Shown piece after piece: positions 47,797 through 57,447 of a DNA stretch of 64,000 nt. The translations under genes and the position numbers were made by a program. The notes under the pieces were generated by a model that saw only the letters and a program-made list of their open reading frames with translations, did not search any database and was not told the DNA's origin. Position 1 is the first letter of the stretch, and every line of letters begins with the position of its first letter. The stretch covers positions 128,001-192,000 of the forward strand of contig JBFWLW010000003.1 of NCBI GenBank assembly GCA_050251945.1, given 5' to 3'. The stretch comes from Deferribacterales bacterium (lineage in GTDB: Bacteria > Chrysiogenota > Deferribacteres > Deferribacterales > Geovibrionaceae).

Positions 47797-49073
47797 CCGT
47801 ATTCAAAAAGGTTAAAAGCTTAAAAGGCACCGTTCGCGTACCTTCCGATAAATCCATCAGCCACCGCTCGTTCATGTTCCTTTCCATGGCGAAAGGCAGG
47901 GGGCGCATAATCGACCCGCTCCTTTCGGCCGACACAAAGGCGACAATAGCGGCTATGCAGGCGATGGGCGTTACTTTTGAAGAAACGGTCAACGGCTTTA
48001 CCGTAACGTCTCAGGGCTATAAAAACTTTACGGAACCCGATAACGTTATAGACTGTATGAATTCAGGAACCACGGCAAGACTGCTCTCAGGCGTTTACGC
48101 GCCTTCGGGTAAATATATCGTCCTCACAGGCGACCATTCACTGCGCAAAAGACCCATGGACAGGGTTATCATCCCTCTTTCAAAGATGGGGGCAAACTTT
48201 GCCGCACGGGACAACGGAAGATGCCTTCCGCTCACCATCATGCCTTCAAAGATGCACGCTGCGGACATCATGGCGGAAACAAAAAGCGCACAGGTAAAGA
48301 GCGCTGTTCTTCTTGCCGGTGTTCAGGTGGACGGCACAACCACCTATACGGAAAAAGCGGTCACCAGAAACCACACGGAAATAATGCTCGCGGCACTCGG
48401 CGCAAAGATACGCACGGATGGACTTAAGATAACCGTTGAGGGCGGGACTGAACTCTCCTCAATAGACATCGTTGTCCCCGGCGACTTTTCATCGGCTGCG
48501 TTCTTTCTGGGCGCTGCGCTGATGTTTGAAAATTCGGAACTGATGATTGAGAACGTTGGACTGAACCCCACCAGAAGCGGCATGCTTAAGGTTCTGGACG
48601 AGATGGGCGTTAAATATACTATAGAAAACGAAAGGGGCGGCGCGGAAAAACTCGGCGATATAATCATCGCTTCACAGTCTTTCAGCGGATGTACCATTGA
48701 AGGGGATATAATCCCCAACATAATAGACGAACTGCCTATGCTGGCGGCACTGGGACTTTTTGCGGACAGCCCCGTGACCATACGCGGCGCGAAAGAACTC
48801 CGCGTTAAGGAGAGCGACCGTATCGCCGCAACACTTCACAACCTGAACGCGCTTGGCGCCGAAACGGAAGAGTATGAGGACGGCATGAAGGTCTATCCGC
48901 TTAAAAACCTTAATACCAAAGCCGCTCTGAAGTCTTTCGACGACCACAGGATAGCTATGACAGCCATAATGCTGGCAAAACGGTTCGGCGGAGAAATCAG
49001 TGTGGACAACGTGCAGTGTGTCGATGTATCATTCCCAACGTTTATGGAGACCTTTTCCGAACTGGAGGATTGA
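47793..49073 (+). CDS. aroA: 3-phosphoshikimate 1-carboxyvinyltransferase
   Basis: DKSISHR, NSGTT.R, SAQVKSA, LRVKESDR, DHRIAM. Confidence 0.97.
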   Translation: MTVFKKVKSLKGTVRVPSDKSISHRSFMFLSMAKGRGRIIDPLLSADTKATIAAMQAMGVTFEETVNGFTVTSQGYKNFTEPDNVIDCMNSGTTARLLSGVYAPSGKYIVLTGDHSLRKRPMDRVIIPLSKMGANFAARDNGRCLPLTIMPSKMHAADIMAETKSAQVKSAVLLAGVQVDGTTTYTEKAVTRNHTEIMLAALGAKIRTDGLKITVEGGTELSSIDIVVPGDFSSAAFFLGAALMFENSELMIENVGLNPTRSGMLKVLDEMGVKYTIENERGGAEKLGDIIIASQSFSGCTIEGDIIPNIIDELPMLAALGLFADSPVTIRGAKELRVKESDRIAATLHNLNALGAETEEYEDGMKVYPLKNLNTKAALKSFDDHRIAMTAIMLAKRFGGEISVDNVQCVDVSFPTFMETFSELED

Positions 49074-49726
49074 TGAAAATAGCAGTGGACGGTCCCGCAG
49101 GAAGCGGCAAAAGCACCGTCAGCAAGGTTGTTGCAAAAAACTTAGGTATTACATATCTGGATTCCGGCGCGCTCTACAGAGCCTGCGCATACATAGGCAC
49201 TAAAACCGCCTCCGAAGGTCAGGCACTTGTCGACAGAGTAGCCCAAGCGGGGCTTGAGTTCGACACAGCGGGCAGACTTTTTCTCACCCTTAACGGCGAA
49301 ACAGAAGATATCTCAACTGTTATACGCACACCTGAAATAGCGTCGAAAGTCAGTGCCGTTGCCGCTATGGAGGATATCCGCAAACTGGTGACAGACAAAC
49401 TCAGGCTTATGGCTTCTAAGACATCCGTCATAATGGACGGACGCGACATAGGCACATGCGTATTCCCCGATGCGGAATATAAATTCTTCCTGGTGGCGAC
49501 ACCGCGCGAACGCGCAAGGCGGAGAATGAAAGATTTCGAGGCGATGGGGTTCGCAAAAACCATCGATGAAATTGAGGCAGATATAATTAAAAGGGATAAA
49601 CTGGATTCGGAAAGAGAACACGCACCGCTGAAAAAGGCGGAAGATGCCATGGAAATCGACACAACTGACTTGACAATAGAACAAGTTATATCAATAATAA
49701 CCGAGACGGCTTCAGAAAAAAGATAG
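49073..49726 (+). CDS. cmk: Cytidylate kinase
   Basis: VDGPAGSGKST, DSGALYR, DGRDIG; start MKIAV at 49073. Confidence 0.96.
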   Translation: MKIAVDGPAGSGKSTVSKVVAKNLGITYLDSGALYRACAYIGTKTASEGQALVDRVAQAGLEFDTAGRLFLTLNGETEDISTVIRTPEIASKVSAVAAMEDIRKLVTDKLRLMASKTSVIMDGRDIGTCVFPDAEYKFFLVATPRERARRRMKDFEAMGFAKTIDEIEADIIKRDKLDSEREHAPLKKAEDAMEIDTTDLTIEQVISIITETASEKR

Positions 49727-49801
49727 ATTGCCTCGTCATTTTTGTTCATCGCAACGACAACTATATGTCTCTGCGAGCCGATAATATCGGCGCGGCAGTC
49801 A
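49724..49801. repeat. REP-like inverted doublet inside the cmk-ispH gene run
   Basis: tagattgcctcgtc...tcgcaacgac-spacer-gtctctgcgag...cgcggcagtc; begins at the cmk stop codon. Confidence 0.8.
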
Positions 49802-49827
49802 TATCCTGAAATAACTTAACCGGAGTT

Positions 49828-50679
49828 TTGGTGGAAATTATCATAGCCGACCATGCCGGATTCTGTTTCGGTGTGGAAAGAGCCGTGGGTCTTGTTGAGG
49901 AGACATCCCGCGAACACACGGGGGTCTATACTTTAGGACCCATCATTCACAACCCGCAGATAGTCCGGAAATTTGCTGAACAGGGTGTCGGAGTTTGCGA
50001 AGACACCGAAAAGTTCAACAGCGAGAACACTGTTGTCATCCGCTCCCACGGCGTTCCCAAACAGATTTACGGACAACTGAACGAAAAGTCGGTCAATGTT
50101 GTTGACGCCACATGCCCTTTTGTCAAAAAAGCTCAGAATTCCGCACAAAAGCTCGGACAGGGCGGAGCAAGCGTGGTCGTCTACGGCGAAAATAACCACC
50201 CCGAAGTTAAAAGCATTGTCAGCTTTATAGATTCTGAATATTTCATCGTCTCAGGAGTGGACGAGGCAAAGGCTTTGCCTTTCCGCGAACAATACGCTCT
50301 GATAGCACAGACAACACAAAATTCGGAATCATTTGACAAAATTGCAGAAATACTTAAAACTAAATGCAGCGGTCTCACCGTAAGCAATACGATATGCAAC
50401 GCTACAAATCTCAGACAGGTTTCCGCCATCAGTCTCGCAGGACAGGTGGACGCAATGCTTGTCATCGGCGGAAAGAACAGCGGCAACACCCGCCGCCTTT
50501 TCGAGATATGCAAAGAGATATGCCAAAACACACTGCATATTGAGACCAAGGAAGAACTGAAGAAAGAAATGTTTACTAACTGCCGGAAGGTTGGCATAAC
50601 TGCAGGCGCCAGTACCCCCGGCTATCTGGTTGACGAAGTAATAGAATTTTTAAAAGAGGTCACTAATGAGCAGGATTAA
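49828..50679 (+). CDS. ispH: 4-hydroxy-3-methylbut-2-enyl diphosphate reductase
   Basis: GFCFGVERA, IIHN, DATCPFV, HPEV, QTT, TICNAT..RQ, TAGASTP; start TTG 49828 or GTG 49831. Confidence 0.96.
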   Translation: MVEIIIADHAGFCFGVERAVGLVEETSREHTGVYTLGPIIHNPQIVRKFAEQGVGVCEDTEKFNSENTVVIRSHGVPKQIYGQLNEKSVNVVDATCPFVKKAQNSAQKLGQGGASVVVYGENNHPEVKSIVSFIDSEYFIVSGVDEAKALPFREQYALIAQTTQNSESFDKIAEILKTKCSGLTVSNTICNATNLRQVSAISLAGQVDAMLVIGGKNSGNTRRLFEICKEICQNTLHIETKEELKKEMFTNCRKVGITAGASTPGYLVDEVIEFLKEVTNEQD

Positions 50680-52369
50680 CGAAAACGGCGGCGACAACAT
50701 GCGTATGGAAGACTTTGAAGCGATGCTTGAGGAGTCTCTCCAGCAGCCTGAAAAAAACTCCGTCGTGAAAGGAACCGTAGCCCAGATAAACGACAGCGAC
50801 GTGCTGGTGAATATCGGGTACAAAACAGAGGGCATCGTCCCCAGCTCCGAATTTCTCAAAGACGGCAAGCTTTTAATTAATGTCGGCGATGAGATTGAGG
50901 TGCTTTTTCTCGGCGTTTCAGGCGGCGGCGGGTATCTTAAGCTGTCCAGAAAAGCTATCGAGAAAGAGACTGACTGGATAGACGTTGACAAAGCTCTGGA
51001 AAGCGGTGCTCCTTTGACTGTTAAAATCACTGCTGTTGTCGATAAAGGATTCCTCGGAAAATACAGCGAAATAGAATGTTTCATCCCCGAAAACCACATG
51101 GATTTCAAAAATTCCACCCTGAAACCCGAAGAATACATCGGTAAATCATTCGAGGTCAAAGTTCTGAAATCCAACAAAAAACAGCGTTCGTTCCTCGCTT
51201 CACGCAAGCTCTACATGATCCAGTCCATCGAAGCCGGAAAGAAAGAATTCTTTGAAGGCATCGAGGAAGGTCAGGTACTGAAAGGTAAAGTGAAGACCAT
51301 AAAACATTACGGCGCATTCATGAACTTCGGTTCAGTTGACGGTTTCCTGCGCAAAAACAACATCGCATGGGGCGTTGTAAAACACCCCAACCAGTATCTT
51401 GAAGAGGGCGACGAGCTCGAAGTCAAGGTTCTCAGCGTTGACCTCGAAAATGAGAAGCTTGAAGTCGGTCTGAAACAGATGGCAAGCGACCCGTGGGACA
51501 TGGCTGCGGATAAATACCCTGTCGGCACCGAAGTTCAAGGCATGGTAGTTGCAAGAAAAAATAAAGGCTTCGTGATGGAGATCGAACAGGGTGTTGACGG
51601 TTTCATCCCTCTGGAAGAAATCTCATGGCTCAGAAACGCTAAGATATCCATCGAACCTAAAGACGCAGTCATCGGACGCGTAACAGATATAGACAACGAA
51701 AAGAAAAAACTCGTGGTTTCTCTTAAAGCTCTTCAGGAAAATCCCTGGACATCACTTAAAAATAACCACCCCGAAGGCTCCGTTGTCGCAGGTACCATCA
51801 AATCAATCACTGACTTCGGTATCTTTGTCGATTTCGGCGAGTTTCTTGACGGCCTTATCCGTAAAAAAGACATCTCATGGACAGAAGAACCTCAGGATCT
51901 GCGCGCTCTTTACAACGAGGGCGACAGCATTGAGGCGAAAGTCCTTAAAATAGACCCCGAAAGAGAACGTATCAGCCTCGGTATCAAACAGATGGAAACT
52001 AACCCATGGAGAGAGATAGGCAAACTTCTCCCTCAGGGCAAAGTTGTCGAGGTCAAAGTCCTCTCCGTTCGCAAAGAAGGACTTGAGGTTGAACTTCCCA
52101 GAGAACTCGTGGGCTTCATCCCCGAAAATGAGCTTGATGTGGAAAGAATCGACCCCGCATCCAAGTTCAAAGTGGACGACGTTATCAAAGCCGTCGTTTT
52201 CAGAAACGATGCTAAAGAAAGAAACGTTCTTCTTTCTGTCCGCAGATTTATGCAGGATTCAGAGAAACGCGAAGTTAAAGAATATCTCAGAAAGCTTGAG
52301 CAGTCAGACGACAGCAGCTTCAGCCTTGGGAACATACTTAAAAGCAAACTGAGCGATCTCGAACAATAA
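50666..52369 (+). CDS. rpsA: 30S ribosomal protein S1
   Basis: Six S1 domains; cmk-ispH-rpsA context. Confidence 0.92.
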   Translation: MSRINENGGDNMRMEDFEAMLEESLQQPEKNSVVKGTVAQINDSDVLVNIGYKTEGIVPSSEFLKDGKLLINVGDEIEVLFLGVSGGGGYLKLSRKAIEKETDWIDVDKALESGAPLTVKITAVVDKGFLGKYSEIECFIPENHMDFKNSTLKPEEYIGKSFEVKVLKSNKKQRSFLASRKLYMIQSIEAGKKEFFEGIEEGQVLKGKVKTIKHYGAFMNFGSVDGFLRKNNIAWGVVKHPNQYLEEGDELEVKVLSVDLENEKLEVGLKQMASDPWDMAADKYPVGTEVQGMVVARKNKGFVMEIEQGVDGFIPLEEISWLRNAKISIEPKDAVIGRVTDIDNEKKKLVVSLKALQENPWTSLKNNHPEGSVVAGTIKSITDFGIFVDFGEFLDGLIRKKDISWTEEPQDLRALYNEGDSIEAKVLKIDPERERISLGIKQMETNPWREIGKLLPQGKVVEVKVLSVRKEGLEVELPRELVGFIPENELDVERIDPASKFKVDDVIKAVVFRNDAKERNVLLSVRRFMQDSEKREVKEYLRKLEQSDDSSFSLGNILKSKLSDLEQ

Positions 52370-52388
52370 ATAGAAATAAATACTAAGC

Positions 52389-52414
52389 GCCGCCCCGAAC
52401 GGGGCGGCTTTTTT
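52389..52414 (+). terminator. Rho-independent terminator after rpsA
   Basis: gccgcccc-gaac-ggggcggc-tttttt. Confidence 0.88.
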
Positions 52415-52430
52415 CTCTCCGCGAGGTTAT

Positions 52431-53297
52431 ATGAGCAGATTTTTTAAGTTCATCGGCAAAGCGGCTCTTTTCATTCTAATCTTTGCAGTCATAGTACGCA
52501 TCATCTCAGTAATGGGAGCATCCGGCGAGGATCTCATCCTTGAAGATACGATTGCGGTCGTTCGCCTTGAAGGCGTGATAATGGACACGCACTATCTGGA
52601 TGAAAAACTGAAAAGCCTTGATGAAAACGATAAGGTCAAAGGGATTATCCTTGAGATAAACTCTCCCGGCGGAGCCATCGCCCCCACCCAGCAGCTTTAC
52701 CTGCGCATCATGAAGATGCATAAACCGGTTTACGCAGTGATGGAAACCGTTGCAGCATCAGGCGGATATTATACAGCCGCTGCGTGCGACAGGGTATACG
52801 CCATGGAAAGCACCATAACCGGCAGCATCGGCGTTATTATGGAATATACGAACTTCCGCGGGCTGATGGATAAATTCGGCGTTGAAAGCGTCGTAATTAA
52901 AAGCGGAAAGATGAAGGACGTCCCTTCGCCCACCCGTGAACTCTCGGAAGAGGAACAACAGTATCTGCAAGGCAACATAAACGACTTTTATGAGCAATTC
53001 CTCCGCGACATACTTAAACGCAGAAAAATAGACGAAAAGAAACTCCGCGAACTCGCCGACGGGCGTGTATTCAGCGGCCGTCAGGCACAGAAGCTCGGTC
53101 TCATCGACGCCATAGGCACAAGGGAAGAGGCGGAAGAGGCTATGAAAAAACAGCTTGATATGCCCGACATAGAAGTTGAGGAATTCTATCCGCCGGAACA
53201 GAGTGTTCTTCGCTCACTCATGTCAAAGGCAAAAACACTTGCCGCGACAGAGGGCATAGACGGCGGTATCTATTACCTATACAAACCCGGACTTTGA
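52431..53297 (+). CDS. sppA: Signal peptide peptidase (36K type)
   Basis: INSPGG, AASGGYY, TGSIGV, KSG..KD, ADGRVF.G. Confidence 0.94.
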   Translation: MSRFFKFIGKAALFILIFAVIVRIISVMGASGEDLILEDTIAVVRLEGVIMDTHYLDEKLKSLDENDKVKGIILEINSPGGAIAPTQQLYLRIMKMHKPVYAVMETVAASGGYYTAAACDRVYAMESTITGSIGVIMEYTNFRGLMDKFGVESVVIKSGKMKDVPSPTRELSEEEQQYLQGNINDFYEQFLRDILKRRKIDEKKLRELADGRVFSGRQAQKLGLIDAIGTREEAEEAMKKQLDMPDIEVEEFYPPEQSVLRSLMSKAKTLAATEGIDGGIYYLYKPGL

Positions 53298-53298
53298 T

Positions 53299-54174
53299 AT
53301 GGAACTGGGACAGCTTGCGGCGTTCACCGCCACCGCTGAACTGAAAAATATGACCAAGGCGGCGCAGAAGCTCAACCTGAGTCTTTCTGCGCTCTCCACA
53401 CAGATAAAGATGCTCGAAGAAGAGCTTAATGTCACCCTGTTCTCAAGACAGGCGCGCGGCGTAGAGCTCACTCCCGAAGGATCGGCACTCCTTGAAAGTG
53501 CAATAGCTGTCAACGACACCGTCCAAAGTATCAGACGGCAGGCAATGAGGATGCAGAAAGAGGTTAAGGGGAGCATCACTCTGGGTGTGAACACAAACCC
53601 CGTATTTCTGCGCATCCAGACTATCAACTCGGCATTTCAGAAGAACCTTCCGGACATTTCGCTCCGCTTCGCCGTGAGCGAATCCGGCAAAACACCGCAG
53701 ATGCTCCGCTCGGGCGAACTTGACCTCGGCTTCTCATACGGAAGATTCACCGACAAGGATATATTCACCATAGAGCTTTTTCCGGTAAAACTTTGCATGG
53801 TTGTGCCGAAAGGGCAGCTTGAGGACACCAGAAACGTCTCGTGGGAAACTCTGGCTGGCATCCCATGGATATGGGGAAGTGAGGACTGCCCCTTCAGAAC
53901 TGAACTGGTGCGTTCACTGCCGGATATAAAGAATCCGAAAAAAATAATCGTTGCGTCAGACGAGAACCTTATGATGGAACTGGTGAAGACCGGTTCCGGA
54001 GTGTGCGTTCTGCGTGAGGACAACGCACAGGAACTTGCGGAACAGGGTTATGTGGTTATCCTGCACGACAAGACCATTACGGTTCCGATATGCATCTCCT
54101 GCCTGAAGGAACGCAGAGAAGAACCGCTCATCGACCTTGCAATGAAAACGATCTTGACCGTTTATGAGGTATGA
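53299..54174 (+). CDS. LysR family transcriptional regulator
   Basis: N-terminal HTH MTKAAQKLNLS.SALS.QIK.LEEEL...LF.R. Confidence 0.93.
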   Translation: MELGQLAAFTATAELKNMTKAAQKLNLSLSALSTQIKMLEEELNVTLFSRQARGVELTPEGSALLESAIAVNDTVQSIRRQAMRMQKEVKGSITLGVNTNPVFLRIQTINSAFQKNLPDISLRFAVSESGKTPQMLRSGELDLGFSYGRFTDKDIFTIELFPVKLCMVVPKGQLEDTRNVSWETLAGIPWIWGSEDCPFRTELVRSLPDIKNPKKIIVASDENLMMELVKTGSGVCVLREDNAQELAEQGYVVILHDKTITVPICISCLKERREEPLIDLAMKTILTVYEV

Positions 54175-54175
54175 T

Positions 54176-54364
54176 ATGAAAACAGCACTGTTAATGCTTC
54201 TGACTGTTCTTCTTTTCACAGCAGGATGCTCAAAAAGAGCATGGTACGACGGTCTGCAAACGGGACACAGCTACGACTGCGGAAAACTGGAAGGCGAAGC
54301 GAAGGAAAAATGTCTCAAACAAAGTGACATGAGCTATGACCAATACAATGAGATTAAAAAATGA
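54176..54364 (+). CDS. Small lipoprotein, hypothetical
   Basis: SD GAGG, MKTALLMLLTVLLFTAG-C lipobox; two further Cys. Confidence 0.7.
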   Translation: MKTALLMLLTVLLFTAGCSKRAWYDGLQTGHSYDCGKLEGEAKEKCLKQSDMSYDQYNEIKK

Positions 54365-55116
54365 AAAAACTTCTAATCACTGCTCTCTTTGCCGTAGTAA
54401 TCGCAGGATGTGCTCACGACACGGGAACCATAACCCAGATATCCACAATAGACGCGCTCCTTGCGGGTGATTACGACGGATCCGAAAAAACATCAAATCT
54501 CACCCGATACGGCGATTTCGGAATCGGCACTTTCGACAGACTTGACGGCGAGATGATAGTTCTTGACGGAAAAGTCTATCAGGCAAAGTCGGACGGCAGA
54601 ATCTACATGCCGGACAACACCACGACGCCGTTTGCTTCCGTATCCTTTTTCGTTCCTGAAATGACTATTAGCCTGAACATACCGGTGACATTTGAGGAAC
54701 TTGAAAAACTGATTGACGAAAAAATCCCCGACATGAACGTCTTCTGCGCCGTTAAAGTGGAAGGTACTTTCAGTAAAATGAAAGTCCGCTCCGTTCCTGC
54801 TCAGTCAAAACCATACAGCCCGCTGGCAAAAGTTGTCACCACCCAGCCCGTTTTTGAGTATGAGAATATACGCGGCACAATCGTCGGTTACAGACTCCCT
54901 GCATTTGTTAAAGGCATAAACGTGGGCGGGTATCACATGCATTTCATTGATGTTTCAAAGACATACGGCGGTCATATACTTGACTTTCAAATGGCAGACG
55001 GAAAGATTTACACAGACACAGAAAGGAAACTTACACTGATTCTCCCTGAAAGAGGACTTGAATCAATAGATTTATCTAAAGACAGAAGTGAAGAACTTAA
55101 GAAGGTTGAAAAGTAG
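54361..55116 (+). CDS. budA: Alpha-acetolactate decarboxylase with lipoprotein signal
   Basis: QISTIDALLAG.YDG, GDFGIGTF..LDGEM, GYHMHF...GGH; lipobox IAG-C. Confidence 0.9.
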   Translation: MKKLLITALFAVVIAGCAHDTGTITQISTIDALLAGDYDGSEKTSNLTRYGDFGIGTFDRLDGEMIVLDGKVYQAKSDGRIYMPDNTTTPFASVSFFVPEMTISLNIPVTFEELEKLIDEKIPDMNVFCAVKVEGTFSKMKVRSVPAQSKPYSPLAKVVTTQPVFEYENIRGTIVGYRLPAFVKGINVGGYHMHFIDVSKTYGGHILDFQMADGKIYTDTERKLTLILPERGLESIDLSKDRSEELKKVEK

Positions 55117-55151
55117 AAAGCCCCGCAACCTTTGCTGATTTGCGGGGCTTT
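55117..55151. terminator. Bidirectional Rho-independent terminator
   Basis: aaagccccgcaa-loop-ttgcggggcttt. Confidence 0.82.
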
Positions 55152-55305
55152 AGACGTTGGGTGGTGTCACCTCATGACCCATTGGAACTTCTCCTGTCCC
55201 GAACCTTTTCCGGAAACCTCAAAATCGGTAGCAACTTCTTTTCAGATACCTTCTTTCCGGTTCGGGGGGTTTCTTCTGTTACTGCCTTGGCTGTAACTTA
55301 TAAAC
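55117..55305 (-). ncRNA. Candidate structured small RNA or small-ORF transcript (unassigned)
   Basis: Several stems (gttac.gcc/ggc.gtaac; cccgaacc/ggttcggg; ccggaaa/tttccgg; tgggt/accca), upstream promoter-like TTGCGG, downstream terminator. Confidence 0.4.
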
Positions 55306-55390
55306 TTAATATGTGACTTAATCTCAAAACCGCAAGTGGCAAAATTAAAACTATTTGCACATATCTTAAAAACATCTGTATAATCTCAAT

Positions 55391-56911
55391 ATGTTCTCAA
55401 AAGTATTCAGCGCACTCGTAAACGGAATTGAAGCGGAGATAGTAGAAGTGGAAACGGACATAAGCTCCGTCGGTCTGCCGTCGTTCAACATGGTGGGACT
55501 TGCGGAAACCGCCGTAAAAGAGAGCCGCGACCGCGTTAAATCCGCTATGAAAAACATGAACCTGAACGTCTTCGCACATCCCATAACAATCAATCTCGCT
55601 CCCGGTGATATAAAAAAAGAGGGTACCCATTTTGACCTTCCTGTGGCAATCGGGCTTACATGCTCCGCCGGAATGGTGAAACAGGTGCCTGAAGACTGCC
55701 TCTTCGCGGGAGAACTTTCACTGGACGGAAAACTGCGGGCGGTGGGCGGAATGCTCCCCATCGCAGAAGGCGCCAGAAAAGCAGGCTTTAAAAAGCTGAT
55801 CGTTCCTGCCGACAACGCGGATGAAGCCGCCGTAATAGACGGTCTGGATGTCTTCCCGTTCGACGATCTGTCCTCTGTGACCGAGTTCATAAACAACAAC
55901 TGTGCAGGCACTCCGCATACGTTCGACAGAACGTCCCTGTTCAGCACGGTAAAAGAATACACAGTCGATTTTTCAGACGTAAAAGGGCAGTTCGCAGCCC
56001 GCCGCTGTGCGGAGATAGCCGCGGCAGGAATGCATAACCTCTTCATGATAGGCTCTCCCGGAAGCGGGAAAACCATGATAGCACGCAGGATGCCCACCAT
56101 TCTGCCCGACATGTCGCTGACGGAAGCGATAGAAACAACCAAGATATATTCCGTGGCAGGACTGATACGCTCCGGACGCGACCTTGCCGTCCACAGACCA
56201 TTTTGCAGTCCTCACCACACCAGCAGCAGTATTGCGCTCATCGGCGGAACCTCGAAGGCGATACCCGGTCAGGTCAGTATGGCATCGAACGGAGTGCTTT
56301 TCCTCGACGAACTGTTGGAATTCCCCAGAAGTGTTCTGGAAACACTGCGCCAGCCGCTTGAGGACAAAGAGGTTACAGTGTCGAGAGCGGGACGCACAGT
56401 TACCTATCCGGCGAATTTTATGCTCGTTGCTGCGGCAAACCCGTGCCCTTGCGGATATCTGGGCGATAAACAGAAAGAGTGTACCTGCTCGCCGTCCCAG
56501 ATACAGAAATACCGGTCAAGACTTTCCGGTCCACTCATGGACAGAATTGACCTCCATGTTGAGGTAGGTTCCGCAGACATAGCTGAACTTGCCGCCATGG
56601 ACGACGGCGAAACATCTGAAAACATCCGCAGACGCGTTGCACAGGCACACGCAATGCAGTCGGCACGTTTTAAACACTCAAAAACACGTTTCAACAGCAG
56701 AATGTCCGAAAAAGAGACGAAAAAATACTGCGCTCTGGATGAAAAGACCGCTAAATTATTGGAGACCGCCGCTAAAAAATATAACCTCAGCGCCAGAAGC
56801 TATTCAAAAGTTCTTAAAACCGCCCGCACAATTGCCGATCTGGACGCATCTGCCGACATCGGAGTAAAACACATCCTCGAATCTCTTCAGTACCGTCTCA
56901 TACAGGAATAA
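55391..56911 (+). CDS. comM: YifB/ComM Mg-chelatase-like AAA+ ATPase
   Basis: VGL....VKESRDRV, INLAP, GSPGSGKTM, PHHT, LFLDE, RQPLE, NPCPCG, DRIDL. Confidence 0.93.
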   Translation: MFSKVFSALVNGIEAEIVEVETDISSVGLPSFNMVGLAETAVKESRDRVKSAMKNMNLNVFAHPITINLAPGDIKKEGTHFDLPVAIGLTCSAGMVKQVPEDCLFAGELSLDGKLRAVGGMLPIAEGARKAGFKKLIVPADNADEAAVIDGLDVFPFDDLSSVTEFINNNCAGTPHTFDRTSLFSTVKEYTVDFSDVKGQFAARRCAEIAAAGMHNLFMIGSPGSGKTMIARRMPTILPDMSLTEAIETTKIYSVAGLIRSGRDLAVHRPFCSPHHTSSSIALIGGTSKAIPGQVSMASNGVLFLDELLEFPRSVLETLRQPLEDKEVTVSRAGRTVTYPANFMLVAAANPCPCGYLGDKQKECTCSPSQIQKYRSRLSGPLMDRIDLHVEVGSADIAELAAMDDGETSENIRRRVAQAHAMQSARFKHSKTRFNSRMSEKETKKYCALDEKTAKLLETAAKKYNLSARSYSKVLKTARTIADLDASADIGVKHILESLQYRLIQE

Positions 56912-56996
56912 CAGTATTTTTCAATAATCGCTTATTTTTGTTAATAATTCCTCACCATGATTCGACATTTCCCCATATACGATGATATAATATGGT

Positions 56997-57434
56997 ATGA
57001 GAATATCCAAGAAGACCGAGTATGCTGTTCACAGCGTGCTCTATATTACTTTTTTTAAAGACCGGACTGTTCTGTTGGACGAACTCGCTGCACAGGGAAT
57101 TTCCAGAGAGTATCTGGCAAAGGTCATGCGGCTGCTCACAAAGAGCGGTATTCTGAAATCTTCCGTGGGGGTAAATGGAGGATATGTCTTAGCAAGACCT
57201 GCTGACCAGATCACTTTGGAAGACATTTTCAATGCTGTCGAAGGCGACGCTTTTTACAGATGCGAATCGAAATCAAGAAGATGCGGTTTGGCAGGTAAAT
57301 GCGGGCTGGCCGAAGCCTTCGGAGCTGCAAGGAAAATGTTCCTCAGCGAACTTAGAAAGTGCAAAATGTCTGATATGATGGAAAAAAGCATATCAGACGG
57401 AAGCTGGTTGAAAAATCTGAATCCTGTCGTTTAA
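56997..57434 (+). CDS. Rrf2 family transcriptional regulator
   Basis: YA.......YLAKV..L...G..S..G..GGY.LARPA..ITL.DI..AVEG; three C-terminal Cys (possible Fe-S). Confidence 0.92.
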   Translation: MRISKKTEYAVHSVLYITFFKDRTVLLDELAAQGISREYLAKVMRLLTKSGILKSSVGVNGGYVLARPADQITLEDIFNAVEGDAFYRCESKSRRCGLAGKCGLAEAFGAARKMFLSELRKCKMSDMMEKSISDGSWLKNLNPVV

Positions 57435-57447
57435 AAGACAGACGTAA

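Noticed and set aside
49828..52369. IspH-RpsA fusion or frameshift
   Set aside because: These are two complete ORFs overlapping by 14 nt with an SD before rpsA, i.e. ordinary translational coupling.
55117..55305. Assignment of the structured region to 6S RNA, tmRNA, RNase P or SRP
   Set aside because: There is no end-to-end rod with a central bubble, no tRNA-like ends or tag peptide, and no RNase P or SRP signature motifs; left unassigned.
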